DNA of 64,000 bases from Tubulanus polymorphus (taxonomy: Eukaryota; Animalia; Nemertea), in NCBI RefSeq assembly GCF_964204645.1, contig NC_134029.1:20206950-20270949 (forward strand). Reading direction: 5' to 3'. A model generated the notes under the pieces. That model made no database searches and was not told the DNA's origin. It saw nothing but the letters and a program-made list of their open reading frames with translations. The translations under genes were made by a program, and so were the position numbers. This document shows positions 52,870-64,000 of the stretch, in pieces. Each line of letters begins with the position of its first letter. The stretch's first letter is position 1.

Positions 52870-54297
52870 CCTGGTGCCATGTTTCAGGTCGGGCTTAACA
52901 GGCATGGGCCCATTTGGCACTTATGTCAGCAGTGATTCTGGGCCTAATTTGGCATGGGCCAAAAATGTGCGGATGATCGCGGCTTATATACCCTGTTACC
53001 AGTCTAGCATGTAGTTAAACTGGTCCGGAAGTTGATGTTTTTACTCTTTAAATCTGGACCAGATAATTAAATCAAGGAACATAGGTAGTTTTTTCTTCTC
53101 TAAAAGAAGCGCATTCGATACTCAATAACATCTAATGGATCGCGAAAACAAACGGATTTCGCCGAGATTCTACATTTATATCTTGTAAAAATTAGACACT
53201 CTGCACTTATTTTTCAAACAGTTCAGAATGAACATCACATATGAAAATCTGCCTTTTCTGTATTCCTCACTTCAGCTCCTTCTGCTGACCTGAAACGAAT
53301 AGACTTTAACTGTGTTTTCTTCCAATTCCACGATCAGCAGAAAGGTGTACTTTCGTGCTGGTCGACCAGTTGATACCGTGCGTATGTTGTAGAGAGACTA
53401 TTAAAGAGGTGTGCTCTACAATCGGAAGCGATCCTTTGTCGAACATCTCTTAAAATCCGAATCCAGACGAGGAGAATACTAACTAGTATATTTTCGATGA
53501 TCTGATGTGAATATTATTTATTGATGTATGTCAAAGCTCGCAACTCGCAGGTCGGCCTTTTTGTTATAGTATCCGGAGCTCACGACTCGCAGGTCGGCCC
53601 TGTTCTGATCTGATCTATCCTGAGCTCAACTGAACTGAGCTGGACTGGACTTTCTGAACTCTCTCAAAAATGTTAATTAGATATTCTTTAGTGATGACTA
53701 GAGTTGACATAAGCGTAAAACTGACATGTGAGAGAGTGCCAAACTTACATTATACTATACAGTTCATGATGATATTAATTATCTTTCTCCAAAGTTGGTA
53801 ATTACTAAATCAAAAGAGTATCTACTACAATTGTTATTTTACTGATAATCATAAGATATACATCTGACATTGAAACTATAGTGTAAAATCCTCATTTCAT
53901 AACAGACCTCCTCTTGTACTGGCTGTAGGGCAGACAGCTCTGGAACTTCGACCAATATCCCCAGACATTTCCAGACATTTTCGGAATTCTAATGATATCT
54001 CTTCCAAATTCAATGAACGTTCTGCCGACGGACATCGCCTATTTTCGTCAAACATTGTTACAACAAGATCTAGAAATAGTTTCTAAGTGCTTTCCTCTGA
54101 TAGGCTATAATTTGTCTGAAGCTCTAAGAACTCCTAAGACAGGCATTTATCGGTTTCAGTATTCCTGAAGATGACGACACGTCGTAATGAACCACTAGCG
54201 CGAGGAAACCAATTCAGATTCTGAAAATATTTTCTTAGAAAATCCCACTGTACAAAAAAGAAGAGCTTTTTGTATTGTCATGGATCCTACAATACAG

Positions 54298-54406
54298 GAC
54301 CCAGTTCCACAGTCGTGAGTTAAAGATTTGACTCTGAGTTAGAGCATTGAAAATGAACTAATTTTAACTCAGAGTTAAATCTAATTCACAACTGTGGAAC
54401 TGGGTC
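54298..54406. mobile_element. Hairpin MITE with CAG TSD nested in the 54279-54839 element
   Basis: cag|gacccagttccacag ... ctgtggaactgggtc|cag. Confidence 0.85.
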
Positions 54407-57266
54407 CAGGATGGGAAAAACTTTGGAATTTCGACATGATAATTTCCAGTTTGGAAATATTTGGGAATTTGAAAAAATGTTCCTCAAATCAGGGAAATAT
54501 TTGGGAAATTCTTTTACATTTCTCATGTTGCATTTGCCAAGGGGAACTTTCTTCAGCGATTTCCTTGAAAATCACCTTTATCAACCAGTTTTTACGCATA
54601 TAGGACAAGCTGTATAACCACTGGCCAAGTGAACTAGTTCTAATGGTTAGCACGCTTGCTTTCTATGTACAAGACCCGGGTTTGACGCATAATTTCACTG
54701 TCATTTCTCTTAATCATTACATAGTCACCACCAGTACGATTGTATTTGTTCATTTCCATTTGGAAAAATTCTAAAATCGCCCATGAAATACTCGGAAAAA
54801 GCCTGGGAATTTTTGATTCATCAAACTGTGGGAGCGATGTATCGCGAGATTTTACCGTATCGTTTTTTTGGCTACCCCTGCAATATGTTATGGAAGCTTG
54901 TATCGCGAGAGTAGTCATCGATATATACGGTACTTACTGCTGCTATTTTTGAGAGTTCGTGATCAGATAATGTATCAGGGGGGAATCGAAGAGGATTCAT
55001 GTCACGCTTTTGTGTGTTGTTTGTCTTATTTCTATGACAGGACGTTAATTCTTTTCTTTCACCTGGCCAAACAAAAATTCCCCGCAGTCCGGGGATAACG
55101 GATGACTTGTAGCCGCCGTCCGTGCTCACGGGTCTCTGCATCACTTTCTTTTTTAAGTAATCAATGCCTTTCTATTCGACGTGTGGATTCTATGCGTGGG
55201 CAGCGTATTTCCTTGCAGTGCGTTGAAATTCTCAAGTCCCACGGTCGTAAAGAAAGCCGAAAAGTTTAAGAAAATATGAAATCGTTAGAATTAATCGTAA
55301 GATCTGAATTTTTAGATTTCCGCTAAAAACCATTTTCGTCTTTTCGGCATTCTGCTTGTGGAACTTTGATGTATTATTCACTCGTGACTCGGTGCGAAGT
55401 TCTACCTCGTATGCGACGCGTTGTGAATCTCGAAGCTTTTCCTTTCGATGTTCATGAAATATTTAGCGAAAAAGAATATTCGAAATCTGTTACGAAATTT
55501 ACTTTCATGCCCTGTATCAAATCTCTGTTAAACGTTGTCATTTCTGCATTAGCAGGGGTGGATCCAGGGATCACTGTCGGGGGTAGCACAACTTATAAAA
55601 TGGGCATTTTGAAATTAAAAAGGGCATTCTTAAATTTTGCTTTTCGCCGCAAATTCCAAGTAATCTAAAGTCCTGACCCGAAGTGCTTTCTAGTATCTTA
55701 ACTGCATTGAGATGTAGTTTCCAGGTAATAAAGACAGAATCTTGAAGAATCGTGTGCTTATTGTTCGAAATTATCTACCTCGTCTTGTAAAAAAGTGCCC
55801 TTTTCTACTTCATGGGCATGACCAAAAAAATTTCAAGAAAAAGGCACAAGATTTTCGCGGCGGCAGCACGTGCTACCGTCTGAATCGGCGCCTGATCAGT
55901 AGATTAGTTTTATCTTTGAAAAATTTGACGGTCTAAAACTTCCTTGCGGTTCCTTTTCAACCAGCAAATACTCCTTCAGACGCAAAATAAAGTACATTCT
56001 CATATCCAGCTATACTCAAACTCCCATCTCTGCGATGACCCTTTATACTGATACAATTAAATCGCTCTTCTTTTTCATTGTCTTATTCTACTCTTCTCTT
56101 GTTTCCTCTGTTTTTCGTTTCAAGGGCCTTCTGGCTTTTGCTTGGCCCTCATAAGAAAGAAAGCCTCCTTTTATTTTTGTTTCGTTTGTAAACAGTTTTT
56201 AACTGAACTATCAACATGAATGATGTTGAAAATGAATTTTAGGCATCGAAATGTTACCTTACGGTGCAGAGAAACTGTGCATTCATAATCTAGGCGCAGA
56301 TACAGGATGCAGATATTCGTCTGATTCTGTGACAATTTCTTAGAACTCTAGAAAACCCGATTTTATCAGTTTATTTTGAAACAGCAATATCGAACTTCTA
56401 CGAGGAATATGTCCTCGTTTCCAGACGATTTCCAAGAAATATTGGAGAACAGAAATTCTTAGAGGAATATATTCGCTTGTTCAGAGTTGGTCGCATTCAA
56501 GGCTAGAGGATAAAATGTGCTGGAGGGTAAAATGTTTCGACTCAATTTGCGTGACCTTCTTAAACGATATTCATCTATCCAATTAAAATGTTCTCTTGCA
56601 TTAATAGTGAGACTAGAGACTGCCCTAGAGGTAGAGATTATACCGAGCTTAATGAAGAAACACTTTTTTGCTTTGTCAGTAGAACTGTATTTAACTATCT
56701 CTATTTCACACGTATATATATATTTATATATATCAAAATATGTCAAGTAAACGATCAAAATGAATCGTTCAAATTTTTAAGATATTTACTCATAGCTGAA
56801 GAGCGCTACCTTGCCTGTTATTGCGAATCATAGAGTCCATGGGCTACTGAGGGAAATATTTGGGAAGTTTATTTTACACTTCACCTTGCATAGTTCTGGG
56901 ATGTCGATTGCTCGCCCAAGGGCAACTTTCTCCAGCAATATTTCTTGATGACCACCTTCATCAACCTATCACCTCTAAAATGTTGATGTTCCTGTTATAT
57001 GGCGGGTGATATGTGCGCTTTTACGATTAACCCATTCCGTTTGGGAAATTTGAAAAATTGCCCATGAAATACGTGAGAATTCTCTCATTCATATAGCTGT
57101 GGAAACTATGTGTTGTGAGTTGGATTGAAATGAAGGGTAATTCGATTAAGCATAAGAGTGTAAGCTTATATAAATACAGCTGAAACCTTACAAGATGAAT
57201 ATCTGTCCCTCCCAGTTTGACATTCAGCTTATGATACTTTTACCGTTCTCAATATATATAAATATA

Positions 57267-57588
57267 TAATAATAATAATAATATGTGTCTTATATAGCGC
57301 TAAATCCAGCCAGGCTGCTCAGAGCGCTTTACATTTTTCGATATTATTAACCCGGCCAATTTTATACTGTAACATGTATCAATCATCTCTCCCTGGGGAG
57401 AAGTAACACCGAGCTACTAACAAACGCTCAGGAGTCATCTATCGGGCCAGGTACCCATTTACTCCTGGGTGGAGAGAGGCAATGAGGATAAGCGTCTTGC
57501 CCGAGGACACTACGGCAATGAACGGGGTTCGAACCCACGAACTGGCTTCCCAGAGTCGAACGCTCTAACCACTCGGCCACACCGCTCC
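57267..57588 (-). mobile_element. Full-length tRNA-derived SINE with CORE-like domain and L2-like tail
   Basis: Minus strand: tggccgagtgg (A box), gggttcgaaccc (B box), gtgtcctcgggcaagacgcttatcctc...gtaaatggg (CORE-like), tgtaaagcgct...agcgctatataa and (TTA)n tail. Confidence 0.85.
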
Positions 57589-57670
57589 ATATTGATGTTT
57601 TTTTTTACGTGTAGTTTTATTATCTGAAACGCGATTTCACCTTTTCCAGGGTTGTACTAGATCTTACAGG

Positions 57671-58003
57671 TATGTGACTTAGACAGCCGGATGAGAAAGA
57701 ATGGTGAATATAGTGGTAGTGCATGTTTTGGCTTGTCTAGGGAGTGTTGCTGTATGTGTCCGGGGGGGGGGGAGGCAGGCAGTGGGGGAAGTAATGGAGA
57801 ATGTAACAGACAGATCGATGAAGTTCCTGTTGTAAATATATGTGACTTAAACAGCCGGATGATAATGAATGGTGAAAATGGTGATGGTGAAAGCGCATAT
57901 TTTGGCTTGTCTAGGGAGTGTTGCCGTACATGTGTCCGGGGGGGGGGGAGGCAGGCAGTGGGGGGAAGTAATTGAGAATGCGACGGATCGATGAAGTTCC
58001 TGT
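57671..58003. repeat. ~170-bp tandem duplication with poly-G runs
   Basis: tatgtgactta.acagccggat ... gatcgatgaagttcctgt twice. Confidence 0.9.
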
Positions 58004-58853
58004 CTATGTTTGACGTCGGGATAACGACACGGGAAATTAGAAACACCGCCAACAGTGGTAAAACATTATAACCCTCGAACGATATGATACTCGTTCGAGC
58101 TTTGAGCTCGGTCGGTTCATATATTGAAACGGTGCGGGGTTCTTGATATCGTCTCCGTGTTTCGTAAAAGAAACGAGGTTATACAGAAATTAGGTCTGAA
58201 CAGAAAGCAGATATATGGCCCTAGATGCTTCTGTCTTAGCGACAGACCCGGTAAACGCAGGCATTTTTATATTAGCGAGAATTAAAAGGCTCGTCTCGAT
58301 TCGTGAGATCAGGAAACTAATGGGCTTAGTATGCTATTGACTGTAGACAGCCCCGAAGACTTGACCAGCACTACAGCTATTCGTTCATTTGTAATGAGGT
58401 ACTAGCGCACACCAGATACATTGAGTTTTTTGTCGTGAAAATGTGTTCAATTGCTACGAAAATTGATTTTTCGGCTTTTGAATCTGAAAATTATCGAACG
58501 AGTGATCGAATGAATATGACATTAGGTGTACGGTATGGATTTCACTGACAATTGATTTACTGATTCGAAACGTCGGACCACTAGTGGACCATTTGCCACA
58601 GTAAGTCAAGTGGTGCTGGTACCCCGTCGTAAAACTGACTCCAGGGGCCGATCTAACAACTTAAGATCAGTATTGATATTCAAGACCACTTTTGGACTTG
58701 AGTCTTGACTGTGCAACTTGGCCCAGAGCTATACTATACTATAGTTTTGGCAAAGGAATAACTGACAAATTTTTTCAACTCTCCCTTTTAAGTAACTGAG
58801 CTCAGCAGATTTTATGTTTACAATATGATATGTATTTGTGTAGTATTACGTCC

Positions 58854-58985
58854 CGAGGTGTTTTCTACCTCGCGAGTAGGCAGCTGATTTCGGAGGTGTT
58901 TTCTCCTCCGTCGTCGCGAGTAGGCAGCTGATTTCGGTGGTGTTTTCTCCTCCGTCGTCGTCGTCGTGAGTAGGCAGCTGATTTC
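58854..58985. repeat. ~45-bp tandem repeat, 3 copies
   Basis: gagtaggcagctgatttc three times, with a growing (GTC)n spacer. Confidence 0.85.
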
Positions 58986-60443
58986 ATCTCGTGGTCGTCG
59001 TACATCGATTTTATGGTTATGTAATTCGACGTCGAGAGAGGATTTCAGCTGTGCACCAAAAATTACCGTCCGTTAATCGGGTAATTATCGATTCGTGTCG
59101 ATGTTGGGAATCGAAAGAGACGGCAGCCGCGCGCGCGGTTCTGCGATCAACCGTCAGCCTGGCCGACATTGATAATATACCGATTAATCAATACCGTCGA
59201 ATATCCATGCATAAATACGGCGCGCGTATTTTCGAAGTGCCGTCAACTTACCGTCACCGGCTATTATCGTCTTAGCCGCCGATTTTCGCCGGTGTCGCAT
59301 TCTGCGAAATCCTGATGGATTAATCCGGATTATTCCCGACCGACGCGTTTCGAAAAATATGCGCGAATCGACCGTCGAGTTAGCGCCGCGTAATTTCGTT
59401 CGCTCGGAATTTTCTCCGTTTCGTTACGAGATGAACGACGGTTTTATCTCGAGTTTGTCTTTTTTCTTGCGCCAATTGACAGACGCGCGCGCGGGAAAAA
59501 CGTCTCGTTATTGGATTGCTTTTTAGAGGCGCGTTTTTTTTTTCCGTCGCAGTTCTCTCCGAATAATGCAAATTTAAGACAACAGGCCCCGGGATATAAG
59601 CCTCGAACGTCGAGACTTTTTACTTTAAGCCGCTTACATCCGATGAAACCCTTCTTATTATGATCGTCATCCTGCGGAACTTTATTCAGATTTCGCTCGG
59701 GGCGAAATGTAACTGTCGTTAACAAGTTTTTTTTTTTCAAGTGCGTCTGTTGTGAAAACGTCGATATCGAACGTCGTGCGATTCGCGCGACAAACTGAGC
59801 CAATTTGTTTCGACGGTCTCCGCCGATCGGGGAGACTAAATTCGCGCGAACGCGATTTCGATAAACCAATTTCGTGTTTTCACTTGTCCACAAGCGGTGT
59901 TAAGTAACGGGTAAGCGGTCGACCGTAATCTAGTCAACTCGTACGCCGACGTCGGTTCATCCGTCTGCACGTGTCATTCATTCCGGAACAGTCCCGTCAT
60001 TCGTGGAAGATCGACAGGACGAACATCGGGCAAACGAATCGTCCGCACGCTAATCGTTAGCGGGAAGAAAAAAACCTTCTCGAGCGCGTGTCACCTGGCC
60101 GCCGCCGCGAAACGGTTATCGCCATGGTAACTGTACCACGTCTTCGGCAGCAGACGGCTGACGATATCTCGATGTGCGGTCGGAAAACGCAGCGGCAAAT
60201 TGAATCGGCGTATAGTGGATTATCGAGGCCGCCGATCAAACAGGTCTAAAACAGGTCGTTACAAGAAATCACTGCGTATTTAATTCATTCCCGCCGGAAC
60301 CGAGCGACACGTAATTTCATCGCGCGTTTTCCTCCCGACGGCTGCGAACTCGATGGGACAATTTCCGCTATCGATTCGACGCTGATGAATTATATTCGCG
60401 AATTCGTCCAAAATGTCGTCGGAACATTACGTTTTTCAAAATG

Positions 60444-60628
60444 TAAGATAAAAACCCACTATCTACAGATTAAAAGAATTTAAAAACAAGAATTTATTTA
60501 TTCAATCTAAAATATATATAGAATACACTATTCTACACTATTTAGTGTATTCTATATATTTTAGATTGAATAAATAAATTCTTGGTATTAAAATTCTTTT
60601 AATCTGTAGATAGTGGGTTTTTATCTTA
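60444..60628. repeat. AT-rich inverted repeat, ~86-bp arms, 12-nt loop
   Basis: taagataaaaacccactatctacagattaaaagaatttaa...gaatacacta / tagtgtattc...gatagtgggtttttatctta. Confidence 0.92.
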
Positions 60629-60801
60629 TTATCCGTTCACCACGTTTGAGAGTGGTTATCATTCTATTTCAAAATGTGTTTGTTGCGCATCGGGTAGATT
60701 TGTAACAAAAATTACGCTTAATCATAGAAACTGATTGTGGGTAATTCGGTGTTATCGTTGTCAGTATCGAACGTTCGGAAGTCCTGTCACCTCTAAAGCT
60801 A

Positions 60802-61110
60802 AGCTCAGGTCGACTAACGACCTGATCGGATCATCGAGAGGCGATTCTGCGATCTTTTCATTGTGAACCGTTTTGACGTGAGTGTACTTATGACCGCGAC
60901 GGATTGATCGGTCGTTAAGCCGAATCGCTCAGATTCAACCAGTTCTACTTTCTACGACCCGATCAGATCGTCGTAGCCAATCAGCGACGAGTTATGCGTC
61001 ACATGACCTTTAGACTCCGCGATGATTGAGATCGTGCGACGAATGAATCGGCAATCAGTGGTCACGTGTTTACTGTGGTTGTTTTTACGACGATTTAGTC
61101 GACCTGAGAT
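60802..61110. mobile_element. MITE (Harbinger-like)
   Basis: ctcaggtcgactaa / ttagtcgacctgag inverted ends. Confidence 0.65.
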
Positions 61111-64000
61111 TTGAGCTCAAAATCATGAATTTTTGATAGATCAGATTTTGGACCCCCTTTCTATCAAATCTTGTCCAAGACCTAATGGACCATATTTTTT
61201 CATAGCCAATAGGTATATCTATCTATATATAGGGAAAAATATTCATTCTGGTGACATTTTCGCCTTTTCAAAACCATTTATTTCTCATTTTTTTGCATAA
61301 TTTTCACCAATTTCATCAATTTGGGGGTCCTTCTTATCAAATTACTGAGCTACAGCACTAAGAAAAAAAAACAAAATAGGCCCAAAATTAAATGACATCA
61401 CTTCAGACGTTTTTCTGAAAAAAAGTCGACACTGAAAGGGTTGAAGATTAATTCCAGGCTTTGCATACTCGAGTATGATGGTTTCATTTCCCAGGTCTCG
61501 CATGTCTAAGCATGGACGACGTATAAGCTAGAGTTTATACATACATTCATGGTCTAAGCCTGTATGCCTGTTGTTACCCTATTTGACAACTAAAATCCTC
61601 AAAAATCATTTTGAAAATCAGAATCCATGTTTAGACATCAGAATATATGAATATATACATGTTCGCTTCAATTTTTGGGAAGCTTGCCAATGGAAAAGGA
61701 CCCCATTTACAAATGAGCTATGGAGCTATAGGTGAAAAACTTTGTTTATGTTGGTTCTTATATGAATTCGCGCTAGAATTCAAATCATGGTCATCCACGT
61801 ATTAAATACCCGATTGCTTGCAGTGTTCTAAGTTCAGTGGCATTTCTATTGAACTCAGTCAACTGAACCGACTAACTTACATAGTCATTAGAGGATCTTT
61901 TCACAGATAAGTGGCTATACGTCTTACACTAATAGAGTTTGAGGTGAAGAGGTGCCTTCAGTTTTGTTTGATTAATCGCTGAATTATAAAAGTTTGATCG
62001 AGGTTGTATTTCCACACAGCGGTAATACAGTTTGTTTGCAGATTCTGCATTTTTAGGATCAATTGTGTTGATCCTTAGATGATTCTGAGAGTAACTTTCA
62101 GTTAGCTCTTGGTGGCACAATTTGTAGCCATTGGATATATACATCTAATATTTTGTCATTTGGAGGGAAATAGGTATTGGAATTAATATGGAGAGTTTCA
62201 TCCGTCAGCTCTAAGCCGTTTGGAAGTACTGGGAGAAAATGTGCAAAATTTCAACGAATTTTCCCCCCATTCTACTAATCGATGCTTGACCTTGTTTCTT
62301 GATGATTACATCACTGGGAAAGCCTTCGGCATCCAATATTGAACTAGGACACTGAAGGGCTTTCCCAGTGATGTCATATCAATAACATACATGCTAGTGA
62401 GTCATGGGGAAACCCATTACAGTGGTGTTGTGCGCCAAGATTTCATTGCGAATCCGAGAACAAATTATTATTGTTCTCAAAACTAAAATGTACTCAGTTG
62501 ATCCTACTGGAACAATTGTCCTTATTGCTTAATGAATTTCTGAACATGCAACGCAGCGGTCACAAATCATCGGCATTGATTCAGAAATGATCGTTGGAAT
62601 GATATCTGTCCGAAGCTTTTATGTCCCGATGAATGGATATCTCAGTTACCATGGCAGTAACATTTTCCTCTCGTACCTCATCTCTGAGAAAAATTGGACG
62701 ATGATATTCAATCACGATATTCCTGATATCACAGAGCTCCTCTGGTGAATTGTCCCGTGACCTCGACAGATATGATGGTATTTTTAGGTGCGTCATAGTA
62801 GCGTGTTTCTTGTGGTTGAAAATGTATATCCCGATTGTTCCAGATATTGGGTCCGTGCCACAAAACCTGTTGAACGAGTATTGGCTTCAACTTTTGCCAA
62901 TCACTTGTTTGCGCTGTCATGCGTTTACTATAACCATGTGTATAATATACTCATCAATCTTACTTCGTTACGTGCATTGTTTCAGTGACTTATGGTTTCA
63001 GCACGGGTAGTTCACTTCATCTCCCAAATATAATCAACACCAACCCTCTTTGACATCGGAACCTTTTTCTAGAAAGGGCAAAACCACCGAAAAGGAGGAT
63101 ATTACATCCTTATGAACCCTTTACATTTTCGTCATCAGCAGAAATTGAGTTGTTTAACGCTGAAGATATCACATTTGAGTCAAGGTCATCCGATCCGGTG
63201 GATACCCAGTTATTTCGGATATATCTCGTCAATGATCTGCACCAATTATAGCGGCGTAGTTCTACCATTGGTCGTAATTGAAATGGTTTCCTCATCACAA
63301 ATCAGCTTATCGGGACGTTCTGACTTGGTATATTGATGAATACCCTTGCGAAGCCTCTAGACTACACCGAGCACCTTGATTTTTTGGAGAAAATATTTTT
63401 TCACTTTTTCCCTATCCACCTACCTTACTAAATTGTGGACATTAATGAATTTATATTTTTGGCCTTATTTGACTACGAAATAATTTGTGAAAAAGATAAA
63501 ATGCAACATGAAATAGAACTTTGAATGCTAAAAAACTCTCAAGAGGGATCATGCCCTTGGCAAACAAGCTCCTGTTGTCAAGGTAAACCACTTTGCCCAT
63601 GGGCAATTTATTAGTACTATTACTATTGTATAACGATAAAAAAGACCTCTCAAAAAATGATTCGAAAAGAAGAGACCTCCGTGGCAATGATCGATGCGTG
63701 AGAAGCTATAAATACTTTATCATCTGCGTGTTTCTCTCGTTTTTCCTCGGCTGCCTTTTTCAGGTAAAACTAATCGAATCACGCCTCGTGCTGACGACAC
63801 GGGGCTCCATTTACTGCGCTTGTCTACCTACCCGGCGCGGCGTTCCTTGCCGGAAAATCCATTATCGCAACATTTCATATCTTCCCAGTAACGACGGATT
63901 TCTGCGCATGTCTTCGAATCTCGACATAGGTTTTGTCTTCGTGCAGTGTCCTCGCACAGGGTGGCCACTTACCCGGAAATCGGTGGAAAGTCAACAGAAT

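Noticed and set aside
62581-63336. Transposase or other CDS
   Set aside because: Short interrupted frames with no motif I can recognise; kept only as a low-interest region.

Overview
Eukaryotic (animal, invertebrate-like) genomic DNA with short GT-AG introns. 1-6512 holds the 3' part of a spliced EXOC1/Sec3 gene (17 traceable exons plus a 6-nt exon end, + strand). 36336-37295 is an intact, intronless, kinase-only DAPK-family ORF. The other ~55 kb has no recognisable multi-exon CDS but carries several isolated ATG-to-splice-donor segments that look like alternative first exons of a large + strand gene (one with a myristoylation motif), so the kinase may be a nested retrogene. The region is dense in small non-autonomous transposons (piggyBac-like/TTAA, Harbinger-like, Mutator-like/9-bp TSD, Tc1/mariner-like, and CAG-ended elements with 5-bp TSDs), often nested. 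It also has a CORE-like SINE, Penelope-type minimal hammerhead ribozyme motifs, a pure (CTG)157 tract and several minisatellites. All calls were made by eye; repeat boundaries are approximate.
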